Below, piece after piece: positions 30,211 to 39,459 of a DNA stretch of 64,000 bases; the first letter of the stretch is position 1; every line of letters starts with the position of its first letter. A model generated the notes under the pieces. It made no database searches. It was given only the letters and a program-made list of their open reading frames with translations, and had not been told where the DNA came from. Origin of the DNA: Gammaproteobacteria bacterium (lineage in GTDB: Bacteria; Pseudomonadota; Gammaproteobacteria; UBA4575). Location of the stretch: assembly GCA_965222615.1 (NCBI GenBank), contig CBDCUI010000007.1, positions 320,001 to 384,000 of the forward strand, given 5' to 3'. A program made the translations under genes and the position numbers.

Positions 30211-30286
30211 TGGAGCTGGTGATAGGCGTCGAACCTACAACCTACTGCTTACAAGGCAGTTGCTCTGCCATTTGAGCTACACCAGC
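30211..30286 (-). tRNA. trnT-TGT: tRNA-Thr(TGT)
   Basis: ACTGC-CTTGTAA-GCAGT. Confidence 0.93.
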
Positions 30287-30372
30287 AAAAAATATGGGGC
30301 AGTCGCACACGCGCGCAACTCAACTCAGAGTTGGACGTAATTTCATAAACAAAATTACAAACTGCCCCGCCT

Positions 30373-30400
30373 ACTTCAATCATCCAAATTGTTAAAGAGC
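30373..30400 (-). promoter_or_regulatory. boxA antitermination element within the leader copy of the 24-bp inverted repeat
   Basis: GCTCTTTAACAA matches the rrn boxA consensus. Confidence 0.85.
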
Positions 30401-30413
30401 TACTGCCAGGACT

Positions 30414-30448
30414 AAAAAACCCCGGAAGGCAAACCTAACCGGGGTTTT
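30414..30448 (-). terminator. intrinsic terminator inside the tRNA-array leader (attenuator)
   Basis: AAAACCCCGGTTAGG-TTTG-CCTTCCGGGG-TTTTTT. Confidence 0.8.
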
Positions 30449-30502
30449 ATTTTGATTCCGGAAGGCTCGCAACGCGCACCCTCCGAATTAATTTGGAAGG
30501 TA

Positions 30503-30679
30503 CTACGTGATTGGGTCCTCTAAGGTGGCCCCAATAAAATTATTTGTGCCGAGACTTATTCCACTCGTGCCGAAGCTGGATATCTCATGCACAGCAACAC
30601 ACCACAAATAACACGACGGCTTTAATAACCGCTGTGCTAGAGGCGTTGAAAAACTAGTTGTATATGTACTTCTATTCAT
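30503..30679 (-). CDS. putative leaderless 58-aa leader peptide
   Basis: ATG 10 nt after the -10 box; MNRSTYTTSFSTPLAQRLLKPSCYLWCVAVHEISSFGTSGISLGTNNFIGATLEDPIT*. Confidence 0.55.
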   Translation of the reverse strand: MNRSTYTTSFSTPLAQRLLKPSCYLWCVAVHEISSFGTSGISLGTNNFIGATLEDPIT

Positions 30680-30717
30680 AGTGCGCGAAAGTCTAATGAT
30701 ATGAAATTTAATGTCAA
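30680..30717 (-). promoter_or_regulatory. sigma70 promoter of stable-RNA type for the array
   Basis: TTGACA-16 bp-TAGACT followed by GC-rich TTCGCGCAC. Confidence 0.75.
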
Positions 30718-30767
30718 GTAATATTTTACCAAGTAAAGTGTGAATTTACTCCCAATTATCGGCTAAA

Positions 30768-31421
30768 TTAATCATCAAGGGCCGACAAAAAAGAAATCAT
30801 TGCTTTACGTTGTTCTTCATTTAAAGAGAGGGATGCAGAAATAATTTCTTGAATGTCCGTTAATTGTTTTTGAAATTCTTTATTGTTCAATTCTTTAGGT
30901 GCTTCATCTAACCAACCTACAGGTTTTTTTGCTGCAATTTCTATCCCTCTAGCAAACTCATCACTCATGCTAGGAATAAATGGTGTTTTGTAATGTTGTT
31001 GAAATAATTCCCATGATACTCCTGCTGATTCACATTCTTTTTTAGAACAAACCTTGTTACCAGACTTCCCACATAGGGTCTTAAAGTTTGTAAATCTAAC
31101 AATTTGAAGAAATGGATCTAAGTTTTTTACAGGAGCAGTGCCAAATAATAACCAGTTGGTGGAATATCCAGTAACTTTACTTATACCTTCAATGATTTTT
31201 AGATTTGGATTTTGTGGGGCTGATGTTTCGTATAGAGAAAGAAGCTGTTTTGATACTTTTAGTCTACGTTTTTTCAATAGCTGCATCATCTCACTCGGGT
31301 CAATGTTGTTATCGACCCGCGCATAACGAATACGTGATGAGACTGTAGCAAGCTCGCTACTTTGTTTTTTTCTATTAGGTGCCTTTTTTATATTTCGGCG
31401 TTTAGGTGTTTTAGTAGTCAA
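30768..31421 (-). CDS. XRE/CI-like HTH regulator
   Basis: SRIRYAR...LLSLYE...STNWLLFG; second degenerate HTH-like segment (FARGIE...PVGWLD). Confidence 0.75.
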   Translation of the reverse strand: MTTKTPKRRNIKKAPNRKKQSSELATVSSRIRYARVDNNIDPSEMMQLLKKRRLKVSKQLLSLYETSAPQNPNLKIIEGISKVTGYSTNWLLFGTAPVKNLDPFLQIVRFTNFKTLCGKSGNKVCSKKECESAGVSWELFQQHYKTPFIPSMSDEFARGIEIAAKKPVGWLDEAPKELNNKEFQKQLTDIQEIISASLSLNEEQRKAMISFLSALDD

Positions 31422-31536
31422 TTGTGAATGTATTTAGAGATTAAAACACAATAGTACACCAGCAATAGACTAATATTGGTATTAGGGGAATATTCGTTTA
31501 GGGAATATGAAATTCCAGTGTTAACTTATACTTGGA

Positions 31537-31554
31537 GTATGAGTCCACGGTTCA
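31537..31554 (+). repeat. 18-bp direct repeat GTATGAGTCCACGGTTCA (also 43091..43108; variant at 33295..33311)
   Basis: Read directly. Confidence 0.85.
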
Positions 31555-31598
31555 CAATATTTGAATTGTGGAGAAAATAGGTTTAGATGTTTAAATTA

Positions 31599-31913
31599 TT
31601 ACTTTATTGCGATAGCTTTAGCGATATCTTTTCTACTCGCACCCAATGCAATGAGTGATTTCATGTAGTGATCGAGGGATACAGATGGATCACCGGCTTC
31701 TAGTTTTGCAATTCGTGATTGACTCGATTGTATGATTGTAGCCACTTTCGTTTGGCTTAATTTTTTACGTTTGCGTATTGCTTTAAATGTATTCGCCAAA
31801 TTAAGTCTCATTTCGACAATCTCAGCCTCTTCCGGAGTCAGATCCAGAAATTCTTGGGCACTACCAAACTTCCAGCCTTTGGTTTCAAGTTTTTTGCGTT
31901 TCGCTTTATTCAC
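31599..31913 (-). CDS. HigA-like HTH antitoxin
   Basis: LSQTKVA...SSQSRIAKLEAGDPSVSLD; overlaps the toxin stop. Confidence 0.85.
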   Translation of the reverse strand: MNKAKRKKLETKGWKFGSAQEFLDLTPEEAEIVEMRLNLANTFKAIRKRKKLSQTKVATIIQSSQSRIAKLEAGDPSVSLDHYMKSLIALGASRKDIAKAIAIK

Positions 31914-32250
31914 TGTCGTATTCCTTGATTCGCTGCTTACATATTTCTTTTACTGTTTTCGGTGTTCGTCTCGTTTTCTTTTCAAATACCTCGAGTATGA
32001 CGATCGCATCTGTATCGATTCTATACATTATTCTCCATGTCAATGTTTCATCCACTATGCGTAACTCATGACAACGCCGACCTATGATAGGCATCGGCCT
32101 TGAGTGGGGCAATGAGAGTTTTTCACCTTGTTGCAGCTTGCGCAGTAAAAAACCTGCTTCAATACGTGCACTTTGTGAAAAAGGTGGTGTTTTGATTTCA
32201 CCACTTAGCCATGCTAGTAGCTTATCTCTCGGCGACATCTTTGACTCCAA
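31906..32250 (-). CDS. RelE/HigB (Gp49-like) toxin
   Basis: LPHSRPM, CHELRI, WRIMYR, VFEKKTRRTP. Confidence 0.88.
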   Translation of the reverse strand: MESKMSPRDKLLAWLSGEIKTPPFSQSARIEAGFLLRKLQQGEKLSLPHSRPMPIIGRRCHELRIVDETLTWRIMYRIDTDAIVILEVFEKKTRRTPKTVKEICKQRIKEYDSE

Positions 32251-32270
32251 GCCTATATCATATTGATGAT

Positions 32271-32288
32271 TATGTCAATTCTGACATA
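32271..32288. promoter_or_regulatory. palindromic TA operator overlapping the -35 box
   Basis: TATGTCA-ATTC-TGACATA; TTGACA on the minus strand. Confidence 0.7.
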
Positions 32289-32365
32289 TTATTATTCGTA
32301 ACTTACTGTAATTAAATAGGGTTATCAGTGCAATTTCCAACCTAAATATAGCCTTAATCTAATAC

Positions 32366-32755
32366 TCATCTATTACTTATATCATTAGCGCTATTAAGAC
32401 CTATATTTATAAGCGAGCATACAATTTGTTCGTACAATTCCTGACCTTTATTTGTGATCTGTATAACTCTGGCTCGGCGATCATTTTCAACAAAGTTATA
32501 TTCCATTAAATGTAGATCTTCCAAGCAACGCATTGAACGGGTGAGTTGGGGTTTGTTTAGTACCGCTTCTTTTGCGATGACCCCAGGCTGAACAAATTTT
32601 TGATACAAGTAATGTAGCACTTCAAAATCGATATGCGAGAGCTGGTACACTTTTATACTGTTTTTAATCTGTCTTTGATATGCCCTTACTTTTTTCAAGA
32701 TTGCGAAATAGTCTTCTAGCTCCAATAGTTCTTCGTCAGCTATAAACTTATTCAT
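32366..32755 (-). CDS. MarR-family regulator
   Basis: Winged-helix pattern, DRRARVIQITNKG. Confidence 0.8.
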   Translation of the reverse strand: MNKFIADEELLELEDYFAILKKVRAYQRQIKNSIKVYQLSHIDFEVLHYLYQKFVQPGVIAKEAVLNKPQLTRSMRCLEDLHLMEYNFVENDRRARVIQITNKGQELYEQIVCSLINIGLNSANDISNR

Positions 32756-32881
32756 AGTCTGTCTACCCAAGCCAATGCTTTATTTAAATATTGTGCCCAA
32801 AGATGATTATTTACTTCTATCACACATTTATGATCTACAGATCATAACAATATCAGCTCATCTTTACCACAATTACGCTCT

Positions 32882-33154
32882 ATGGAGCGTATGACTTTAA
32901 AGAGGAAAATTCAGCAGGATTTTGGGAAAGCTCTGCTTAAACACAGAAGCAAAGCCAAGATGACATTTGAAACGCTTGCGGATAGAGCCAATTTGTCTAT
33001 GCGCTATGTACAAGACTTAGAGGCTGGCAAGAAACTACCATCGATCATCACATTAATGAAACTATGCCATGCTTTGAAAATTACACCTGATAAGTTACTG
33101 ATGCCAATTTTTAGGCAAAATAAGAAACAAATTTTGGAAAAGGATAACGACTGA
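32882..33154 (+). CDS. XRE HTH regulator
   Basis: LADRANLSMRYVQDLEAGKKLPSI. Confidence 0.85.
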   Translation: MERMTLKRKIQQDFGKALLKHRSKAKMTFETLADRANLSMRYVQDLEAGKKLPSIITLMKLCHALKITPDKLLMPIFRQNKKQILEKDND

Positions 33155-33330
33155 TAAGTAGCCTACAAAAACAAAATATATTCTATTTGAAATTTACAGG
33201 CTCAACGAAGTTTATACTCGAACTGACAGTTGTCGATGTGGATTCGTATGACAACCGCTTAAACTTTATCTTAAACAGACAAAATAACATGGAATATGAG
33301 TCCACGTTTCATTTTTTAATTAATTGGCTG

Positions 33331-33377
33331 ATGGTGGCCAGGGGCGGAATCGAACCACCGACACGAGGATTTTCAGT
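33331..33377 (-). repeat. att site: duplicated 3' part of tRNA-Phe (47 bp)
   Basis: Identical to 48046..48092. Confidence 0.95.
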
Positions 33378-33534
33378 ACCCAAGGTTAAATAACTATCTG
33401 AATCCAGATTGTTCTAAATATATATCTACACTCACAATTATATGAAAATAGTTGTCTTTAATTATCTGTATAAATCCTAGTTATTCATCAATTTTCTTAG
33501 CACAAGTACACGAAAATTACACAATAATAATTAT

Positions 33535-36500
33535 CTATACTTGCTCAGCGCTTAATTCAAATTCTGAATTAATTAATTCAAGTATTTTTTCCAGAAACTG
33601 CCCTTCTTGTGGTGATATCGCAAGTCTTAGATATGGTGGTATATATTCTAAGAATTCTGACTTATTAATTGGGCGATATTCTAATAATGCCTCAAGCATG
33701 GCTGGTCGGAGAAGACGTTTATTTTCAGGTGTGTCCGGTAGTGTTTTACGGATTACTTTTTGGTCAAATTCAATAAGCTTATCTTTCAATTGCACGCTTT
33801 CTGTTACAAATTCATTGCTCTCTTCTTGCCAAATTTCAATTTCATCAATAGTTTCTTCTTCTACAGATTCAGCCGGAATTTCGCTAACAACTGGTAGATC
33901 AGTTTTTAGTTCATGCAGTTCTCGAATAATTGGTTGAATTTCAGCGCGTGGGTTCCTGAACCAGTCAGTGGACCAAATACGTCGTATCCTCCACCCAAGT
34001 TGTTCCAATATATCCTGACGAATTCGATCACGATCTCGAACAGACTTTGCAGAGTGATAAGTTGCGCCATCACATTCAATACCCATTAAGTATCTTCCAG
34101 GATTACCTGGATCTACAATTGCAATGTCGATAAAAAACCCTGCCACACCCACCTGAGGTACACACTCAAAACCTTCGTCTCGTAATGCATCGGCTACTGC
34201 TATTTCAAAATCACTGTCCGGGTCACGACCCGATTTTTCACTGCCTTTCTGAAGAATGCCCGTCTCACAAAAAGCAAGAAAATCCCTAAGTGCTTTTACT
34301 CCGAGTTTTGAACTAGTATCTACAACAATATCGTCAGAACCCATAGAACTAATCACAAGCATCCGCCTTCGAGATCGTGTAAAGAGTACATTCAACCTAC
34401 GCCAACCAACGTTTGAATTAATTGGCCCAAATCGCTGAAAAACTTTTCCTCGCGGCTCTTGAGGCCCATATGTCATGGATATAATTATTACATCACGTTC
34501 ATCGCCTTGTACGTTCTCAAGATTCTTTACAAAAAGTGATTCTTGATTAGTTTGATCTTTCTCCAACCATTCTTGAAAAGAAATATCATCTTTTGCGAGA
34601 CTTTCTATAGCACTTTCTATTTGGTCTCGTTGCTCCACATTCATAGCAACTACACCTATAGTTTCATCAGATCCTTTACTAAAATGCTCACGAACTTTAT
34701 TAGCTATAACTTTTGCCTCCTCTAGGTTACGTCGGTTTACAAAACATCCACGTCGGACACGTGTAAAACTTATGCCTAATCGTTCTAAATCTTTGTGAGG
34801 AGAAGGGAACAGAATTAGATTACTGTCGTAGAAATAATGATTAGAAAAAGCAATAAGACTTTCATGCTTCGATCTGTAATGCCATCTTAACCTTCGTGCA
34901 GAAAACATTGGGCGTGTAGCATCTAAAATGCTTTCAGATTCTTCTATTGCTGAAGGATCTTCATCATCATCTTCAATAACTCGGTCAAAAAAACTTGTCG
35001 GCGGTAATTGCTTAGGGTCTCCAACAACAACTAGTTGTTTTCCACGAGCAATAGCCCCTAAAGCATCTTCGGGTTTGATCTGTGATGCTTCATCCATCAC
35101 AATCAAATCAAATTCTATTTGGCCAGGTGCTAAATATTGTGCTACTGACATTGGACCCATCATAAAACATGGCTTAAGTGCAGAAAGTGCTGTCCCTGCA
35201 CGTCTGAGTAACTGTCTAATAGGTATATGTCTTTTTTGTTTTCCACATTCATGTTCGAGCAATGCAAACTCTGTGTAGTCACTAACTCGTCCACCAAAAC
35301 TTCCTTGTGGTACATGGGCTTTATCTGCTTCCCATGCAATATTTTCACTTTGTAATTTCTTAAGACGATCATCGTATTCTTTAAACTGGCGTTGTAAAGA
35401 CTCTTGCGCTCGTCCTGAAAATCGGCCAAGTTCTGGTTCTGCCCGTAGAATTTCACGTGCTAATAAATCGAAAATTCCTGCATAAAAAGCCACCTCCGCC
35501 ATTGATGCTGAAATTTCCCCTTTTTCAATTGTTTCAGCCAATTTATTGAGACCAATTGGATTGAGTTGTTGACGTATTCGTACATAATCAAGCCAGTCCT
35601 GTAGCGTTACGCGTTGTTCTAGTGCAATGGAGTTGCGCTCTATCAACATTGCTACATCAATTCCACATGTGGACAACCATTTGTTTTTATCTAATAACAC
35701 TAACTCTTCAAATTTAGAGTTTGTTAGATTTAGTGTTTTTAGAATGTCTTTAATCTTTTTGCCTTGCTTACGTAATGAGTTAATCGTTGACGGTTCAGGT
35801 TTTTCATATATCCGATCTACAATAATTTGTTTTTTTATTTTATTTGTTATGCAATTGGCAATATCTAAAGTGTTTTTGGAAATGCTAAGTGCTGTATTGT
35901 TATTTGTATTCGCACCTATTTGTAAACCCAGGCGGCCTCTGAAAAATCGGTTATCATAATCGGCTTTTTCCCATCTACTGACGGTCCTATGCAGTGAATC
36001 AAGGGCCGTAATCTGGTTCATAAATTCTGTAAGCGATATGTTTTCATCTGTAATTAGTGACTTGCATTCTTTAATTGCTACAGATATTTTATTTTTTAGT
36101 TTGACTAATAGATCACCGTCGCCCACTAGTAGAGTTTTAGAATCTTGCAGTGCCGTAACGGGAGCAAATAGAACTTTTAATTGCTTGAGTTCACTTAATA
36201 TATCGTCTAATTTTTTACAAATTCCTTGTTCTGAAAGAGACCGAATTGCTTTACTTAGATCAGGCGGTAAACCTATTGCTGCATCACCAAGCGCAATTTT
36301 TGGGCCGAATCCTACACCATATGTTTGGCGAACTTGTCTATACCATTCCCTAACTGTTTCTAACGAACCTATATCTGTATCCAAACCTCTGGAATGGTCC
36401 CCCAAAAGCGATTTGTAAGTTGAATTGTTTTTAAGTTTATGAAGTTGATCTGAATATGTTACAGAGTCATTTAATGCTGCGATTAAATCTTTAAACTTGA

Positions 36501-39003
36501 CATCCGTATTTGCTGACTGGCTAATTATTTGTTTTCTTGTCTTTCGCCAAGTAGGTTTAAACCATCGCAAAATACCACTAGATGATACAATTTGTTGATA
36601 CTCTTTTTGAGTATCTTTATCTGGTATTCGTTTTACATCATAAACTTTTGACAATTTTTCTTGCTGTTGGTGTAAATTTTCAATTTCTTTACGAATTTTA
36701 GGAAGTGCATCATCAAGTTCATCATTATCAAAAAGTTCATTGCGATTCTTCCATTCTGAAGGGGGTAGTGACGATACAAGTTCGATAAATGTTTTTATTT
36801 CATGCAATCCAGACTCAGATAGATTTAAAAAATCTACTGCTGATTTGCCGATTTTAGTTTGAAGTTCTGAAACAAAGTCCTGAAGTTGTACTAATTGATC
36901 ATGTACTCTCGTTAGTCGTTGTGTTGCTTGATCAATTTCACCTAATTTTACAGTACCATCTATAAATTGAACCAAGCTACTTCCACCTTTTAAATATTTG
37001 CCAACTAATGAAAGGTTTTCAATCGCTTCAGTGCTAACCCTTTTAGACAGAATACGGTAAAGAGTTTGGATACTTTCAAATTGTTTTATGTATTTTTTTA
37101 CCTTGCTCAGCCTTTCTCCTTTAAGTAAATGCAATGTGTCGAGCAGTTCGTTACCTTTTAAATCTGGTAATTGTTCAAGTTCTAGTGCTATTTCTTCATA
37201 ATCAGTAATAGTTTTTGGCCCTGACGATGGTTCGCAATTAAGTGTTTCTATTAGTTCAATCTCTAAATTTTTTAATTGAATTAATGAACTCTGCCAGTCC
37301 TCAAGTGCAATAATTACCTTGTCAATGTCAAAGACTTGCAAGTCAATGTTTCTTACTCCATACCAAGGGTGCTGACTTAGCGAAATACCGTTACCTAACC
37401 GTTCTTCTACAGTTTTAAAAGCATCACTAAATGCTATGACCTGATCTCTTGCTCGTCGCTGCATATCTGCATCAAAGTTTTCACCTGAATATCCGTCTGG
37501 GTGCAAGTATTCTGGGTTGATCTTAAGAAGCTCTCTATATCGAGTTGCAGCCATGAATATTTCATGCTTCGTTTTTCCAGTTTCTTTCCATGTCTGATTA
37601 ATGCGTTGAACATGCGTTTTTAGTGAATTTTTTAGATCTTCAAATCGACTTATATCTGCAGCAATTTCTGCCGGTTTTCGGTAATGGCCCTTTTTATTTA
37701 TTCTTTCGGAAACATCATTGAGTAATTTTCTTTTTTGAGTTTTATGACTATGTAATTCAAGACAAAATTCACCAAGTCCCGCAGAATCGAGACGGCGCTT
37801 TACTATATTTAGTGCCGCAAGTTTTTCAGCCACAAATAAGACTTTTTTCCCCTGAATTAAAGCCGCACCAATTAGATTAGTAATAGTTTGTGACTTACCT
37901 GTTCCAGGTGGACCTTCTATAACTAAATTTTCACCTTCAACAACATCAATTAATGCACTATGTTGAGAACTGTCTGCATCGTAAATTAAAGGATACTTTG
38001 TATGAATTTCTGGTAATTCATCAATTGAGTGTTCTTCACCAAAACCAAGATCTATATTTTTATTTTCTGGTAGCTCATCTACCCCATATCCTGTTAAAAA
38101 GCGGGATATTATTGGATGACTTGTGATTCCTTGTTCTTTCGGCCAACGAATAGGATCTAAATCTAGATACATAAGTAACTTGCTAAAATTAAGTAATGAA
38201 AGAGTTATATACCTTCTTAACTTCCAACGTGGATGACTTTTACAAATTACAGATTCAACTTCTTCAAAGTAAGTTTCTGGTTGAGTGTTTTCATCGAGTT
38301 CAGGCAAAGCTAATGAAAAATCAATCCTCAATTTTTCGCGTAAAGATAAATTCGGGATGATATCTTCATCAGAATAACTAAGGCTATACTCGTAAGTCCC
38401 CAAGACAGCATTTAATTTACCTTTTTGTAACCGAACGGGTACTAAAAATAACGGCGCCAGTCGTGAGTTAGTACTATTGGGGCTATCGAACCATTCTAAG
38501 AATCCAAATACTAAATAGAGCATGTTTGCTCCTGTTTCCTCAATAGCAGTTCTTGAAGTTTGGTGTAATCGTCGTAACCGTGCTTCTAATTCATAAGGAA
38601 ATAAAAGTGTTTGAATAGCCATATCAGTATGCTTGCTGACTTCATGGCTATTCTCTGGAACTGGTACATCAAATGATGTTTCTAGATTTAAATGTTTTGC
38701 CCATTCTTCTGCACTTGGGTCTTTTTTGAGACGGTGTTCTTCTCCTGTAACATCATCAATTTCAATATATCCTGCATCAACAAGTTCCTGTAGAGTAGGT
38801 TCAGAAACAGGTATAAAACGCATTTCTTTATCCGCTAAAAGAGTCTCGACTAATTGGTTTGGTAATTCATCTATTACACGTAAACATGAACTCTTAGTGT
38901 GGCGGAAATTGATAAGTCTATTGCGTCCCGTAAGATCAAGTAATCGATCTCGAAGATTCTTTAGTACATCAATCGCTGAATTATGACTAACTACTTCACC
39001 CAT
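33535..39003 (-). CDS. DUF4011 - SF1 helicase - Vsr-like nuclease (Hhe-type defence protein)
   Basis: LLDLTGRNRLINF, GPPGTGKS, DEASQ, GDPKQLPP, QGDERD, GIECDG, IWSTDW. Confidence 0.85.
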   Translation of the reverse strand: MGEVVSHNSAIDVLKNLRDRLLDLTGRNRLINFRHTKSSCLRVIDELPNQLVETLLADKEMRFIPVSEPTLQELVDAGYIEIDDVTGEEHRLKKDPSAEEWAKHLNLETSFDVPVPENSHEVSKHTDMAIQTLLFPYELEARLRRLHQTSRTAIEETGANMLYLVFGFLEWFDSPNSTNSRLAPLFLVPVRLQKGKLNAVLGTYEYSLSYSDEDIIPNLSLREKLRIDFSLALPELDENTQPETYFEEVESVICKSHPRWKLRRYITLSLLNFSKLLMYLDLDPIRWPKEQGITSHPIISRFLTGYGVDELPENKNIDLGFGEEHSIDELPEIHTKYPLIYDADSSQHSALIDVVEGENLVIEGPPGTGKSQTITNLIGAALIQGKKVLFVAEKLAALNIVKRRLDSAGLGEFCLELHSHKTQKRKLLNDVSERINKKGHYRKPAEIAADISRFEDLKNSLKTHVQRINQTWKETGKTKHEIFMAATRYRELLKINPEYLHPDGYSGENFDADMQRRARDQVIAFSDAFKTVEERLGNGISLSQHPWYGVRNIDLQVFDIDKVIIALEDWQSSLIQLKNLEIELIETLNCEPSSGPKTITDYEEIALELEQLPDLKGNELLDTLHLLKGERLSKVKKYIKQFESIQTLYRILSKRVSTEAIENLSLVGKYLKGGSSLVQFIDGTVKLGEIDQATQRLTRVHDQLVQLQDFVSELQTKIGKSAVDFLNLSESGLHEIKTFIELVSSLPPSEWKNRNELFDNDELDDALPKIRKEIENLHQQQEKLSKVYDVKRIPDKDTQKEYQQIVSSSGILRWFKPTWRKTRKQIISQSANTDVKFKDLIAALNDSVTYSDQLHKLKNNSTYKSLLGDHSRGLDTDIGSLETVREWYRQVRQTYGVGFGPKIALGDAAIGLPPDLSKAIRSLSEQGICKKLDDILSELKQLKVLFAPVTALQDSKTLLVGDGDLLVKLKNKISVAIKECKSLITDENISLTEFMNQITALDSLHRTVSRWEKADYDNRFFRGRLGLQIGANTNNNTALSISKNTLDIANCITNKIKKQIIVDRIYEKPEPSTINSLRKQGKKIKDILKTLNLTNSKFEELVLLDKNKWLSTCGIDVAMLIERNSIALEQRVTLQDWLDYVRIRQQLNPIGLNKLAETIEKGEISASMAEVAFYAGIFDLLAREILRAEPELGRFSGRAQESLQRQFKEYDDRLKKLQSENIAWEADKAHVPQGSFGGRVSDYTEFALLEHECGKQKRHIPIRQLLRRAGTALSALKPCFMMGPMSVAQYLAPGQIEFDLIVMDEASQIKPEDALGAIARGKQLVVVGDPKQLPPTSFFDRVIEDDDEDPSAIEESESILDATRPMFSARRLRWHYRSKHESLIAFSNHYFYDSNLILFPSPHKDLERLGISFTRVRRGCFVNRRNLEEAKVIANKVREHFSKGSDETIGVVAMNVEQRDQIESAIESLAKDDISFQEWLEKDQTNQESLFVKNLENVQGDERDVIIISMTYGPQEPRGKVFQRFGPINSNVGWRRLNVLFTRSRRRMLVISSMGSDDIVVDTSSKLGVKALRDFLAFCETGILQKGSEKSGRDPDSDFEIAVADALRDEGFECVPQVGVAGFFIDIAIVDPGNPGRYLMGIECDGATYHSAKSVRDRDRIRQDILEQLGWRIRRIWSTDWFRNPRAEIQPIIRELHELKTDLPVVSEIPAESVEEETIDEIEIWQEESNEFVTESVQLKDKLIEFDQKVIRKTLPDTPENKRLLRPAMLEALLEYRPINKSEFLEYIPPYLRLAISPQEGQFLEKILELINSEFELSAEQV

Positions 39004-39459
39004 ATAAATTTGGCCTAATTTAGACTGGATGAATTAACATGTTTTTTTGAAGATGTTTAGAATCATCTTCACCCCCCAACTGCTAGATAAATTATTATTT
39101 AGTTAATTTTCTCTCTATATTTTTCCTTTAAGTGTGAATTGGATCAGACATATTGACATTCCTCAATACACAGACATGAAAATACTTGGTTACTTTGTTT
39201 AATTTTTCGCCACTCCCACTGTTTTACCCTCTCTTTCTCTGGTAACTTCCAAATTCCTGCTCGATTTCCGTTCGCCACGTGTTCAAATGTATGTAAGCGG
39301 CTACTCATTGCATATTTTGGATGACATACTCGTAACCGCAACGAACAAGTACGCCATTGACCCATAACTCACCAAGATATACATGTTTTGAGCTTATGAT
39401 TAGAGAGCTTTTTTGTAAAATTTGCATAAGAAATAAGTCATTTACATTAGATATACACA

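Noticed and set aside
26947-30286. CRISPR array suggested by recurring ttcgaacc/tggt motifs
   Set aside because: The recurrences are tRNA T-loops and CCA ends; no identical repeats or cas genes
33187-33393. 68-aa ORF or a second complete tRNA-Phe
   Set aside because: Only the 3' 47 bp of the tRNA are present (att site) and the ORF merely reads through it
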